IMG/VR virus record: IMGVR_UViG_3300028833_002727
Origin: a virus
Lineage: Duplodnaviria > Heunggongvirae > Uroviricota > Caudoviricetes
DNA length: 64,000 bases
Strand: one strand, 5' to 3'
Below the pieces are notes generated by a model. That model had not been told where the DNA came from. It did no database searches and was given only the letters and a program-made list of their open reading frames with translations. This document shows positions 10,465-21,581 of the stretch, in pieces (the first letter of the stretch is position 1; each line of letters begins with the position of its first letter). The position numbers were made by a program, and so were the translations under genes.

Positions 10465-13440
10465 ATGTCAAATAACCGCTACATAATAACAAAAAGTAAC
10501 TATACTCTCAAAGAAAAACATAAGGAGTTAAATAACGGAAAGTTTATTTACGAGAGAGATTACATGGTAACTACCAATCTTGGCGGTTACGATAGTGGTG
10601 CGATACCTTATGGTGAAAGTAACTTCAAATTTGTTCATAGACAGAATGATAATGTAACAAGAAGTTTTAACAACGGACATTGGTTAACTGATGATAAAGG
10701 AAATTCTGTATGGACACTCGATAATATACCAAATAAACCTAAAAAACAGGAAAGTGAGATTAACATAAAAACTAATCAAAATTCTTTGCGAGATTTTGTT
10801 TATTATGGTAGTTGCGTTGAGTTGATTAAGTGTTCGCTTGAGAATATTGTGAAATATTATCCTGGCGAACTATATGTAACAAATGAAAAATTTGTTTATG
10901 AAGTAACTGAAAGTGGGAGAACACAAACTAAAGTACTTGGAGAAGAAGCATTTTCAAATCCTGTTGTTGTATATAATCCGTTCGGAATAAACCTAACAGA
11001 TAAAACACTATCAAGTGATATTAAACAAAGTCCAGATTATTATGATTTAAGATATTTTGCTGATTCACTTCATAAATACAATTTACTTCACGATGATGTT
11101 TCTGAATGTTTTGATAATTGGGAAGTTAGAACTAAAAATAAGAAATGTTACAAGAATGGTGAACTAATTAGTAATATTATTCTGAAGTATAACACATACA
11201 ACTCATTGGTGATTAACGAATACTACTATGAAGGTACTACAATTCTAATTACTGATGGAGGATGCACAGGTTATCATATACGCCCTATTGAAAGGGTTAT
11301 AACAGATGTATTCACAACCAAATTTACTGATTTTGAACGTTTCTTATTGAATAGAGAAAGTAATCCTTTATATACAATAAGCATTGACACACCTAGGGAA
11401 ACAGACTATGGCATCGCAGTATCAAGAACAACGTTCACGTTGCCAACCGCGTATGGATGGAACATTGATGTAGATTCACCTGATTATTCAAGTTATATTA
11501 ACAAGTTGTCTGATGTAGCATTATTCTACGATGAACACTATTCAAATAACCTGTGGGAGAATATTGTACACGAATCAATAAAGAATATGGATGTGCAAAT
11601 GAGTAATCCATCTCACGATGAGGATGTTGACGATTATAGACTTGGTATTAGTAATATACATGGTTTAATGCTTGCATACGCACGTCAATTTGATGATATA
11701 AAACTATACATCGGAAATATTAAATCATCAAACACTGTAACATATGATGAAAACAACAACATTCCGGATTATTTCTTAACAGATGTGTTGGAATTGGCTG
11801 GTTGGGAAGTTAAGAGTATAATTACTGATTTGGATGAGAATGCAAGTGTAAGTGGTTTATTCCCAGGTTTAGATAAAGAATATACTACCGAAAATTTAAA
11901 TACAACATTCATGCGTAATTTGAAATTAAATTCAAAAGATATATTCTCAAGAAAGGGAAATAGACACGCAATTGAAATGTTGTTAGCATTATTTGGCTTG
12001 TCATCTTATGAATTTGGTAGAAATTACTATAATTGTTTACCAGAAACTAGTAAAATAACTTCTGGAGGTAAACATTTAGATTGGGAAAGTTTAAGTGAGG
12101 AAGACAAGGCTAAATTCTATGATTACAAGTTCGACGAATATGTTGTAGTTGCCAAAAACAAAAATGGTGAAGACGATATTGTAAATGAAAATGAATTACT
12201 TTGTGTTGAGGAAATAAATCAACAAATAAAAGGTGATGCGGTTACTTCAATTGTTAGTGGGACACATGAAGAATCAATTGAAATGCTTAACTCATTAGTT
12301 GGTTTACCTGTTAGAATGGTTTATGTTACATCTAACGTTAGCGGTACAACTGGTGAAACACAAACATTGAAATATATCATCCCATGGTTTGATAAAACTG
12401 TTGAATACGATGGTAAGACATATTTCCAAATGTATGGTGGTTGGGATTTTATAGAAACTGATAACCCATACTATATGGAAACATTAAAATATCTAAATAT
12501 CGTTGGTAATATCAGCCAACTTAAACAGGTTTTACAAAAAGATTTAACGGATGGAACAATTTACTATGTAACAGATATTTCTGATTATAAAAAATACTAT
12601 CCGTCACACACTGAACAACCTTCACATTATTTCTATATTGGAGATATAACAAAATCATATAAATATGCTGATGTAGGAAACGATGGGTGGGAAATAATAC
12701 CACAATCAGATATTGCTAATCCGCCAATCCGACACGGTATACAGGTATATCAATTAGAGAGTATTATTAACGATTATAGAGGTAATAACCCACACGTCGG
12801 TTTTGGTAAATATGACTCAGGTGATAAATACCTTGAAAGATTAGCCCATGTATTTGATGGTGCATTCGATGAAGGATTGGTTAATGACTGCATATACACT
12901 TGTGGGGGAGATGAAGTTGACATTGACGATATTAGAGAAATGGGTTTCGAGTTAAGCGATAAACTTGTAGACAACGTGAAATGCTGGTATTTTGTTGATA
13001 ATGTAGCAGAAAATAATATTCTTGAGGTACGTAAAAGATATGTAACAGTTGAAGATGATATTGACGGTACAACATATGAGATACCTGATGGTTATGAAGA
13101 AGTACCATACAAAGATAAAATACATGTTGGTAAATCTGCACAAAACAATGGCGATATTCATAACACAAGTGAACTAGAAACATTTAACTTTGAAACACAA
13201 AAAACAGACAGCAATGATGAGGCTGCTGCTAACTCAATTATTAACGTGAAAAACATTAGTATTGAGTTTAACAAATACAAATATAATAACGATGATTTTG
13301 AAACATACTTACATGATGTAATCATGTTCTATTTAAACCAGTTAATACCAACAACAAGTATGTTAACTGTTAAATACTTTAGAGATGATGAATTTGCAAC
13401 ATGTTACACAACACCAGTTATTACTGGGGTATCAAAATAA
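10465..13440 (+). CDS. Hypothetical large structural protein (991 aa)
   Basis: Long ORF in the structural block. Confidence 0.4.
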   Translation: MSNNRYIITKSNYTLKEKHKELNNGKFIYERDYMVTTNLGGYDSGAIPYGESNFKFVHRQNDNVTRSFNNGHWLTDDKGNSVWTLDNIPNKPKKQESEINIKTNQNSLRDFVYYGSCVELIKCSLENIVKYYPGELYVTNEKFVYEVTESGRTQTKVLGEEAFSNPVVVYNPFGINLTDKTLSSDIKQSPDYYDLRYFADSLHKYNLLHDDVSECFDNWEVRTKNKKCYKNGELISNIILKYNTYNSLVINEYYYEGTTILITDGGCTGYHIRPIERVITDVFTTKFTDFERFLLNRESNPLYTISIDTPRETDYGIAVSRTTFTLPTAYGWNIDVDSPDYSSYINKLSDVALFYDEHYSNNLWENIVHESIKNMDVQMSNPSHDEDVDDYRLGISNIHGLMLAYARQFDDIKLYIGNIKSSNTVTYDENNNIPDYFLTDVLELAGWEVKSIITDLDENASVSGLFPGLDKEYTTENLNTTFMRNLKLNSKDIFSRKGNRHAIEMLLALFGLSSYEFGRNYYNCLPETSKITSGGKHLDWESLSEEDKAKFYDYKFDEYVVVAKNKNGEDDIVNENELLCVEEINQQIKGDAVTSIVSGTHEESIEMLNSLVGLPVRMVYVTSNVSGTTGETQTLKYIIPWFDKTVEYDGKTYFQMYGGWDFIETDNPYYMETLKYLNIVGNISQLKQVLQKDLTDGTIYYVTDISDYKKYYPSHTEQPSHYFYIGDITKSYKYADVGNDGWEIIPQSDIANPPIRHGIQVYQLESIINDYRGNNPHVGFGKYDSGDKYLERLAHVFDGAFDEGLVNDCIYTCGGDEVDIDDIREMGFELSDKLVDNVKCWYFVDNVAENNILEVRKRYVTVEDDIDGTTYEIPDGYEEVPYKDKIHVGKSAQNNGDIHNTSELETFNFETQKTDSNDEAAANSIINVKNISIEFNKYKYNNDDFETYLHDVIMFYLNQLIPTTSMLTVKYFRDDEFATCYTTPVITGVSK

Positions 13441-13465
13441 AACAATATAACAACTTTACACAACA

Positions 13466-16400
13466 ATGGGAATAAAAAACGTTTTTAAATGGCGAGTTAC
13501 TTCAACTAAATATCTTTATCTTACAGATGAGGAAAATAAAAATCCATTTATTCTAGATAAAAAAACTGGTGACAGAATTTATCCATTACCAGTAAGCGGT
13601 AGCACTGTAACAGGTATTACCGTTGTTACTGGTATGACATTAGATGAAGGTTTAATCAGCCAAACAGTAGCACAAATAAAAAATGAAACGGATTATTCAA
13701 GAAAATATAATAGAATGGTTGAATTAGCGGCTTACGATGAGAACGCTAGTGGTTTAACATTTTTGGATTATACAAAATATTTTAATCTTGACGGTGATGA
13801 GTGTATTGAAGAGGCGGTAGCACCTAAATGTGAAGGCTATGAGCCAGTATTTAATGTTTCAGCGTATACACTAGAGAATGGTACTGATGTGAAGTATAGT
13901 TTTTATGCCGATAAAAACGAATCTGACAAAACATTGCGCTATAATTTGAAGCTTGGTATCCCAAGAGGTGAAAAAGGTGAAAAAGGTAATGATGGTGCTG
14001 GTTGTAAAGGTGAACCAGGCGATCCTGGTTTACCAGCAATATTTGATGATATTACTGCAAGAATTGAGTCATTAGAACCAGATGAGCAACCAACAATCAA
14101 TCTTTTTAGTGCATCAACAACGGCTAATACTTATCAGTTACAATTTGATTTTGGTGTACCAAGAGGTGAGGCTGGTGAACCAGGTGTTGAAGGACCACAA
14201 GGTGATGATGGTATACCAGCCAGACTTGGCAGTGTCGACATAGAAAGTGAAACTTTGGCTCCAGGTGAAGAGGCTTATGTACAAATAAAAGATGGTACAT
14301 ATGAAGTAAATAGGGTTTATGATAGTTATGAAGGGCGTGAATTTTACAATACAACATTCACACTTCAATTTGGTTTACCACAAGGTATACAAGGTTTACA
14401 AGGTATTCCAGGAGAAAATGCCGAGATTAGAGAAGTAACAGCTAAAGTTATAGAAACGCTTGAGCCAGGATATTGGTATCCTAGTGAAAGTGATCCTAAC
14501 AGAACATGGATTAAAAATGATGCTGAAGCAGGTGTTGATGTTAATCCTGTTGGCGGTGGTAATGTAGTTGATTTACATTTCTGGTTTAAAATACCAAGAG
14601 GTGATAAAGGTGATCCTGGTAAGGATGGTGAACCAGGTGGAGGTGGCGGATGGATGTATAATTTCATGGATCCACAATTCATACCAACACCTGGACTAGA
14701 AGAACCAATTGGTGATTTTGATGTACATTATTATCCATTATTAGGCAAAGCAGACGTAATTTTGCAAATTTACTACCCAGAAGATTGGGGTGGCGGCGGA
14801 AAAAAATGTCGTGGTTATGTTTGGACAGAATTCACATCAGAAGGTGGATATATGCGTTTAATTAATTCATTTGCTGAAGGTGACATTGAAACCGCAGAAG
14901 GCACGAATAACCAACCAATTGCTACTGGTTATAGAAGTCACGCAGAAGGTAAGCGTACTAAAGCAATTGGACAGGCTTCTCATGCTGAAGGTATTGGAAT
15001 AGTACCAGAACAACCTGAACTTGAAAATATTATTGGTGGATTAAAAAACGATTGTCATAATGATAATATAATTGTTATGCCAAAACAACAATTTGTTGAT
15101 GCTGATGTTGATTGGGATGATTTGTATGATGAATTTTTCATCGGAGCAACATTTTCAATACCTAGCGATATACCAATAAACGCAAATGCATTACCATCTG
15201 GCGTAACTGAGGCTCAATTTAGAAATAGTATATTAACAATAACATCATGTGATTTGAATTCCTATAATGCTGAAAATAATTATTTTTCACTTGATAATGT
15301 TAGCGTTAGTTTTGATGTTGATGGACAAACATATCAAATAGATAGTAGAACATTTGAAAGTAATAGTAATGGTATTTTACAAACTGTTGGTGGTGAATCA
15401 GGTGTTGGTATCAATGAATATGTAGATTGGAATAATCCAATAACGATTCATATTAACAATGTAGGCCCAATTTCAATTCCAAATGCTATTGGTGTAGCTT
15501 CTCATACAGAAGGTAATGGATGCCAAACAAATGGTGATTATTCTCACGCTGAAGGTAATGAAACACGTACAGTTGGTGTTGCGTCAGATGCCGAAGGTGC
15601 ATACACAAAAGCTAATGGGAATTATTCACATGCTGGCGGATTTGGTACTATTGCTGAAGGTACCGCTTCATATGCTGGTGGATATAATAATAGAGAAGAT
15701 GATGACAGTACCATTATGGCGAGTGGTAATGGTTCACATGCCGAAGGTTATGCTAGTGGTGGTACAATTCAAACAGGAGGCGATGGTGCATATGCCCGTG
15801 GTTATACAGAAGGTAGTGGTAGTACAATTCAAGCAATTGGTGATGGTTCACACGCTGAAGGTTATATAGTTAGAGGTTCGAATGTAACAGCACATGGAAC
15901 AAACAGCCTTGCTTTTGGTAGTATTTGGGATGAGAATAGTCAAATATTATCGTCTGGCGATACATCTGTTGCGATAGGTAATATTGCTGGAAATAACTCA
16001 TCTATTGAAGCAAGTGGCAATGGTGCATGTGCTATTGGAAGTGTAGAGGGTAGTGGTGGTACAATTGAAGCAAGTGGCAATGGCGCATGTGCTATTGGAA
16101 GTGTAGAGGGTAGTGGTGGTACAATTGAAGCAAGTAATAATGGTTCACATGCCGAAGGTTATGCAAATGGTGGTACAATTCAAACAGGCGGTGATGGTTC
16201 ACATGCCGAAGGTTATGCAAATGGTGGTACAATTCAAACAGGCGGTGATGGTGCATGTGCTATTGGAAGTGTAGAGGGTAGTGGTAGTACAATTCAAGCA
16301 AGTAGTAATGGTGCACATGCTAGTGGATATGCGCGTAATGGTGGTACCATTGAAGCAACTGATTATGGTGCACACGCGGAAGGCTATGCGGAAGGTAGTG

Positions 16401-18286
16401 GTAGTATAATTCAAACAGGCGGTAATGGTGCATATGCCCGTGGTTATGCGGAAGGTAGTGGTAGTATAATTCAAGCAAGTAGTAATAGTGCACATGCTAG
16501 TGGATATGCGCATGGTTATACAGATGATGTTGCTATAATTAATGCGGGTGGTGTTGGTTCACATGCCGAAGGTTATGCAAATGGTGGTACAATTCAAACA
16601 GGTGGTGATGGCGCATATGCCAGTGGTTGTGCGGAAGGTAGTGGTAGTATAATTCAAGCAAGTAGTAATGGTGCACATGCTAGTGGATATGCGCGTAATG
16701 GTGGTATCATTGAAGCAACTGATTATAGTTCATTTGCTAGTGGATACGCATATAACGATGATAATTACAGTGGAAATACTAGTGCGATTCAAGCAAGTAG
16801 TGAAGCTTCTCATGCTAGTGGATATGCGCGTAATGGATCTATAATTCATGCAGATAATGCAGGTTCACATGCTGAAGGTTATGCAGGAGGGAATTCTACA
16901 ATTCAAGCAAGTAGTAGTGGTTCACACGCCGAAGGTTATGCATCTAGTGGTGGTACAATTGAAGCAAGTAGTAGTGGTTCACACGCCGAAGGTTATGCAT
17001 ATAGTGGTGGTACAATTGAAGCAACTGATTATGGTGCACACGCGGAAGGATGCTCGACTGAGAATGGTAAAATTAAAGCAAATAACAAAGGTGCGCATGC
17101 AGAAGGCTATGCATCTAGTGGTGGTACAATTGAAGCGAGTGGTAATGGTGCACATGCTGAAGGATGTAACACAATAGCAAGTGGTTTTGCTTCTCATGCG
17201 GAAGGTATAGGTTATCCAGGTGAAAGACACGATGTAAATAATTGTGTTTTAAGTAGTTGGAAAATCTTTGGTTTAGGCTCTAACTGTGATTCGAATATAT
17301 TTATAGATGAAAAATTTGAAAAAGAAGAAATTTATATCATTGGAAGTAAATTTGAATATGATGGTACAATTTATACAGTGACGAGTGCTAACTCTAATTA
17401 TCAACAGGAAAATACACATACAATTTTCACTAACGTGAATGTAAAGGCTGAAGGTGGGAATGAAATAGATATTTCAGTATTACTAGGTGGTGAGGATAAT
17501 AGACGGGACGGCATAGTATTGAGTGGAGTAACAATGGCTGAAAAAGAAAATGCAATTGGCGCTGCTTCTCATACAGAAAACAATTTAACTGTTGCTGAAG
17601 GTGATTATTCACACGCTGAAGGTAATGAAACACGTGCATTTGGTGTTGGTTCACATGCCGAAGGTTGTTTTAGTGAAGCTACTGGCGATTATTCACATGC
17701 TGCTGGACTTGGTACTGTAGCTAATAACGATCACATGACTGCTATTGGTAAATTCAATCAATATACTGGCTTAACACCTGATGTTTTATTTGTAATTGGT
17801 AATGGTACGGATAATGAAAACAGAAGTAACGTTTTATTAGTTGATGGCAATACTAGAAAAATAACATTGTCACAGGGTGGTGGTATTAAACTTCCAAGTG
17901 GCGGTAGCAGTACTCTTGTTTGGAACACAACAGGCGGTACAACCGAAATAAGTGGTACTACTTACTCAAGTTCAGATATACGTAAAAAAGATATTTTAGA
18001 AGAAATATCAATAGATAAAGCGTATGAATTGGTTAATAAGTGTCAAACTATTTTCTATACTTGGAAAGATGATGAAACTAAAAAGAAAGAAATTGGTTTA
18101 ATTGCACAGGAAGTACAACAATATTTTCCAGAATTAGTTTCAGAAGATAAAGATGGTTATTTAACACTTGATTATTCAAAATTAACTGTTATACTATTAG
18201 TAGTAATACGTGATTTAACACAGAAAGTAAGTAAGATAGATAAGTTAGAAGAAAAAATAAATCAACTTGAAGAAAAAATACAGTAA
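13466..18286 (+). CDS. Tail fibre/spike protein. It has collagen-like G-X-Y runs, tandem SHAEG (Phage_fiber_2-type) repeats and a C-terminal peptidase-S74 intramolecular chaperone domain.
   Basis: Collagen-like triplets: GEKGEKGNDGAGCKGEPGDPGLP, PRGEAGEPGVEGPQGDDGIP, PRGDKGDPGKDGEPGG. There are dozens of G-x-HAEGYA-x-GGTIQTGGDG repeats. The C-terminus SSDIRKKDILEEI...GLIAQEVQQYFPELV...DGYLTLDYSKL plus a coiled coil matches the endosialidase-chaperone (S74) consensus. Confidence 0.8.
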   Translation: MGIKNVFKWRVTSTKYLYLTDEENKNPFILDKKTGDRIYPLPVSGSTVTGITVVTGMTLDEGLISQTVAQIKNETDYSRKYNRMVELAAYDENASGLTFLDYTKYFNLDGDECIEEAVAPKCEGYEPVFNVSAYTLENGTDVKYSFYADKNESDKTLRYNLKLGIPRGEKGEKGNDGAGCKGEPGDPGLPAIFDDITARIESLEPDEQPTINLFSASTTANTYQLQFDFGVPRGEAGEPGVEGPQGDDGIPARLGSVDIESETLAPGEEAYVQIKDGTYEVNRVYDSYEGREFYNTTFTLQFGLPQGIQGLQGIPGENAEIREVTAKVIETLEPGYWYPSESDPNRTWIKNDAEAGVDVNPVGGGNVVDLHFWFKIPRGDKGDPGKDGEPGGGGGWMYNFMDPQFIPTPGLEEPIGDFDVHYYPLLGKADVILQIYYPEDWGGGGKKCRGYVWTEFTSEGGYMRLINSFAEGDIETAEGTNNQPIATGYRSHAEGKRTKAIGQASHAEGIGIVPEQPELENIIGGLKNDCHNDNIIVMPKQQFVDADVDWDDLYDEFFIGATFSIPSDIPINANALPSGVTEAQFRNSILTITSCDLNSYNAENNYFSLDNVSVSFDVDGQTYQIDSRTFESNSNGILQTVGGESGVGINEYVDWNNPITIHINNVGPISIPNAIGVASHTEGNGCQTNGDYSHAEGNETRTVGVASDAEGAYTKANGNYSHAGGFGTIAEGTASYAGGYNNREDDDSTIMASGNGSHAEGYASGGTIQTGGDGAYARGYTEGSGSTIQAIGDGSHAEGYIVRGSNVTAHGTNSLAFGSIWDENSQILSSGDTSVAIGNIAGNNSSIEASGNGACAIGSVEGSGGTIEASGNGACAIGSVEGSGGTIEASNNGSHAEGYANGGTIQTGGDGSHAEGYANGGTIQTGGDGACAIGSVEGSGSTIQASSNGAHASGYARNGGTIEATDYGAHAEGYAEGSGSIIQTGGNGAYARGYAEGSGSIIQASSNSAHASGYAHGYTDDVAIINAGGVGSHAEGYANGGTIQTGGDGAYASGCAEGSGSIIQASSNGAHASGYARNGGIIEATDYSSFASGYAYNDDNYSGNTSAIQASSEASHASGYARNGSIIHADNAGSHAEGYAGGNSTIQASSSGSHAEGYASSGGTIEASSSGSHAEGYAYSGGTIEATDYGAHAEGCSTENGKIKANNKGAHAEGYASSGGTIEASGNGAHAEGCNTIASGFASHAEGIGYPGERHDVNNCVLSSWKIFGLGSNCDSNIFIDEKFEKEEIYIIGSKFEYDGTIYTVTSANSNYQQENTHTIFTNVNVKAEGGNEIDISVLLGGEDNRRDGIVLSGVTMAEKENAIGAASHTENNLTVAEGDYSHAEGNETRAFGVGSHAEGCFSEATGDYSHAAGLGTVANNDHMTAIGKFNQYTGLTPDVLFVIGNGTDNENRSNVLLVDGNTRKITLSQGGGIKLPSGGSSTLVWNTTGGTTEISGTTYSSSDIRKKDILEEISIDKAYELVNKCQTIFYTWKDDETKKKEIGLIAQEVQQYFPELVSEDKDGYLTLDYSKLTVILLVVIRDLTQKVSKIDKLEEKINQLEEKIQ
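15480..17220 (+). repeat. Tandem near-identical 60-90 bp DNA repeats inside the tail fibre gene, encoding the SHAEG repeats
   Basis: 16008-16067 and 16068-16127 are near-identical. The units recur through 15.5-17.2 kb. Confidence 0.7.
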
Positions 18287-18287
18287 T

Positions 18288-19082
18288 ATGGCACAAACAT
18301 ATTTAACATCAAAAGGTACGCCTATTAAAATTTCACATTTTCCTGGATGGACAAGATATAAATACAAATATCTAATAGATAGATTTTCAAAAACAAAAAT
18401 TAAACCACTTCCAGAAAAAATACAACTTATTACATGTATGGATGATGATAGTGTTTCGTATAACAAATCACCACTTATTAATCAGTTGAATTCTAATGGT
18501 ATTCCATTTATAAACGCTGCTGAGCATAAAGATGTATATCCTTGGGTTAACAATAAAAAAATTAAGTTGATTTATGACGCTTTACAAAATGTAACAAGCG
18601 AGTATTGTTTGATTTTAGATGGTATAGACGTTACAATAAATCAAGATTTAGATGACATTATTGACATTTACAAAACGTATGATAAAAAAATTGTATTTAA
18701 TGCAACACCTTGGGCACATCCAAAAGTAATAATAGATATGGTTGAAGATAGAAAAATACGTTACGGAAAATATTGTTTTTTAAACGCTGGATGTTGCATC
18801 GGAGAAACTGAATCATTGCGTTCATTTTACAAAGAAGCACTTGATATATTTAATGAAACACCACAAGATAACCCATATTGGAGTAGTGAACAATATTTCA
18901 TAAGAAAAGTTTTCGCAAATCATATGGATACAGTATTTTTTGATTATGATTGTAAAATATTTCAAATATGGCATAAAACGAAAGTTGGCTTACCTCAAAT
19001 AAATAGAAAAAACGGGCATATAACATATCAAATTATTGATGATGAGGAAAATAACGTTGAGAAAGAAGAAAATAATGTATAA
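18288..19082 (+). CDS. Hypothetical protein (possible glycosyltransferase-like; weak)
   Basis: ATG at 18288 immediately after the fibre stop. An ILDGIDV acidic motif is the only hint. Confidence 0.35.
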   Translation: MAQTYLTSKGTPIKISHFPGWTRYKYKYLIDRFSKTKIKPLPEKIQLITCMDDDSVSYNKSPLINQLNSNGIPFINAAEHKDVYPWVNNKKIKLIYDALQNVTSEYCLILDGIDVTINQDLDDIIDIYKTYDKKIVFNATPWAHPKVIIDMVEDRKIRYGKYCFLNAGCCIGETESLRSFYKEALDIFNETPQDNPYWSSEQYFIRKVFANHMDTVFFDYDCKIFQIWHKTKVGLPQINRKNGHITYQIIDDEENNVEKEENNV

Positions 19083-20170
19083 TGATATATTTTGCTAAAC
19101 CAAATGGTGTTGGTAACGGTACGACTATAGAACAAGCAGGTGAATTCACTGAAATAGTGAATAACCTGCGTTCTGGTGATGTTTTATATCTTTTAGGCGG
19201 AATTTATCAATACAGTAAACAAATAACGTTAACATTGAATGGAACACCAACAAATGAGATTTTAATTACAGCCGATGACAAAGAAAATTTACCGGTATTT
19301 GATTTCAAATATCAACCATATGGTAGTAATTCAGATAGTGATTGTAATGGTATTAGATTTTTTGGTGAATATGTAAACATAGATGGGTTAATTGTTAGAT
19401 ATGCTGGTTACAAAGGTATTAGAAGCGAATTAAGTAATTCAACTTTACAGAATATTGAAGTTTACGGTTGTTGTGACTCAGGAATACAAATGTGTTCAGG
19501 AGGAAATAATACATTAATTAATTGTGTCTCACATGATAATTTTGGTTATATGACAGTAGATTATGGTGTAATAAAATTTGGATATAATTCTGATGGAATA
19601 TCTGATAAACTACACTATGGATTGCCAAATAAATTTATAAACTGTAAATCATTTAACAATACTGACGATGGGTTTGATTTTTTTGGAAGATGTACTGAAA
19701 CTTTCACTTATTTAGAGAACTGTGAAAGCTGTAACAATGGTATATCAATGTTTGATATGACAAATTATCCGCGTTATGAGATTGATAAAGAATGGTTTGA
19801 ACAATTTAAAAAAGAAGAAATATATAACACAATTAACGGAAATATTCCTATTGATTTAGAACATTATCCAGCGTTTGGTAATGGTAACGGATTTAAATTA
19901 AGTGGTAAGAGAAGATTTCATTGTGTGGAGTTACATAATTGCGTGGCGAACGGTAATAAAATGAAAGGGTTTGATCAGAATCACAATAGTGGTAAAATGA
20001 AATTATATGATTGTTATGCTGAAAATAATTTACTATTCGATTATGGTTTTCGTGATAATGAAGTCGGTGAAGTATATTTCAAAAATTGCGTAAGTAAGAA
20101 TAATAATGTTAGCATTAAATCAAAACACTTTGAAACAATAAATTGCTCATGGAACATAATAGATAACTAA
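19082..20170 (+). CDS. Right-handed beta-helix (pectate-lyase-fold) protein. It is a putative tail-associated polysaccharide depolymerase.
   Basis: The N-terminus KPNGVGNGTTIEQAGEF...SGDVLYLLGGIY matches the start of pectate-lyase-superfamily proteins. Repeated N/C-rich turns (NCVSHDNFG, NCKSFNNTDDGFDFFG). It follows the tail fibre. Confidence 0.55.
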   Translation: MIYFAKPNGVGNGTTIEQAGEFTEIVNNLRSGDVLYLLGGIYQYSKQITLTLNGTPTNEILITADDKENLPVFDFKYQPYGSNSDSDCNGIRFFGEYVNIDGLIVRYAGYKGIRSELSNSTLQNIEVYGCCDSGIQMCSGGNNTLINCVSHDNFGYMTVDYGVIKFGYNSDGISDKLHYGLPNKFINCKSFNNTDDGFDFFGRCTETFTYLENCESCNNGISMFDMTNYPRYEIDKEWFEQFKKEEIYNTINGNIPIDLEHYPAFGNGNGFKLSGKRRFHCVELHNCVANGNKMKGFDQNHNSGKMKLYDCYAENNLLFDYGFRDNEVGEVYFKNCVSKNNNVSIKSKHFETINCSWNIIDN

Positions 20171-20218
20171 AAAGTACATTGATACAACAAAAATAGAGCG
20201 GAAAACTCCGCTCTATTT

Positions 20219-21508
20219 TTATACCTTAGTGTTTATATAATAAACTTGTTCTAATCCGAATCTTGTATGCCAAATAAACACTTCATGTTTTTTTGTTGCT
20301 CCGACGTATCTATTTTCCGCGTGCCAAGCATCAGTTGAACATGGACTACCTATACGTCTTGTAATCATACCTCCTTCATCATCTACAGTAACTTCTTTAT
20401 GTAAATGTCCAAGGTGTAACTCTCTGAACTTATGTGAGCCCCATTCAGAATAGAACTCAGCAGGTATTGATTTTATTATTTGTGCTAACTTAGCATCTCC
20501 GTGATTATAGAAAATTGCACAATCGCCAAATGAATAACATTGGGTTTGTTTGTAATTTTCAATAAAATTCACAGTTTTATCATCAAAAAAACGCTGTTGT
20601 AATGCAAAATATAAATAAGTTTCCATAGCCCTGGCGTGATTTCCTGCACAAAGCATAATATCCACTGTATTAAAATATTTTTTCAATGTTAGGATAAATG
20701 ATAAATACATTTTCAATCCTTCATCAAACAGTTTAATATAGCCATGCGAGTTCTGTTGAGGGATTTTGTGTACACTTGTGCAGCAATCACTTTCTGAGTT
20801 GAAAAAATCACTACCAACAACAAGTAAACACTTTCCACATTTCTCAATTGATTGTTTTCTTATAATATTTTCACAAATATCATAGAAACGCTTTTTAGCA
20901 ATTTCCAATGTGTATTCTTCACCAGTTTGGATAGTGTCAGCTATTTTACCAAGGTGTAACTCAATTGGAGGTATCTCCATGAGTTTTTGATTTTTCAACC
21001 CGGTTATATCTTTAACACTTTTTATTGTTATAGGTTGGATTTCACGTTGGAAAACCTTTTTTGCAGTCTCTAAATAGTTTTCATAAGATAAAACTTTTGG
21101 TTCGAGACGATATTGAAGACTATATCTTGGTGCACCGCCAGCACCACCATCCCATTGTGAAATTCTCCAGGAAACAAGTTCCCACTCCTTATCACTGTAG
21201 CCTAAATAATTAAGGATTTTAGACTTATCACCGCCAAGGGCGAATACATTATCCAGAACAGTCTTGGTAGCATCAATCGAACCATCTTTATTGTGTGCTT
21301 CATAGTCTCTGCTAATTGAACAACCTGTTTGTTGTGTTGTATTGTTACTATTGTTTTGTCTGTTACAAACTCGTTTAACACGTTTCCTAATAGCGTCAAC
21401 ACTGAGCATTTGATTGAATTGTTTATAGAAATCCTCAATCAATTCTCTCCAAGACTCACCATTAGTGTGGCGTACTCCAGCTTGTAAGTAAAAATCTTCT
21501 TGTGTCAT
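20219..21508 (-). CDS. Calcineurin-like metallophosphoesterase domain protein
   Basis: GNHARAME (GNHE-type) and LHLGHLH (GH.H) metallophosphatase motifs. Confidence 0.55.
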   Translation of the reverse strand: MTQEDFYLQAGVRHTNGESWRELIEDFYKQFNQMLSVDAIRKRVKRVCNRQNNSNNTTQQTGCSISRDYEAHNKDGSIDATKTVLDNVFALGGDKSKILNYLGYSDKEWELVSWRISQWDGGAGGAPRYSLQYRLEPKVLSYENYLETAKKVFQREIQPITIKSVKDITGLKNQKLMEIPPIELHLGKIADTIQTGEEYTLEIAKKRFYDICENIIRKQSIEKCGKCLLVVGSDFFNSESDCCTSVHKIPQQNSHGYIKLFDEGLKMYLSFILTLKKYFNTVDIMLCAGNHARAMETYLYFALQQRFFDDKTVNFIENYKQTQCYSFGDCAIFYNHGDAKLAQIIKSIPAEFYSEWGSHKFRELHLGHLHKEVTVDDEGGMITRRIGSPCSTDAWHAENRYVGATKKHEVFIWHTRFGLEQVYYINTKV

Positions 21509-21581
21509 TAAATTACAAATTTTTCACTTGCATTATTATTATTAGTAGCCGCCATCAGACTCACAGCCAGCAGAAGTGAAG

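Noticed and set aside
14124-17654. Small ORFs on both strands inside the tail fibre gene (for example 14365-14682, 15516-15869, 16199-16513, 16848-17177)
   Set aside because: They are artefacts of the repetitive GGT/GCA-rich repeat DNA, which keeps alternative frames open.
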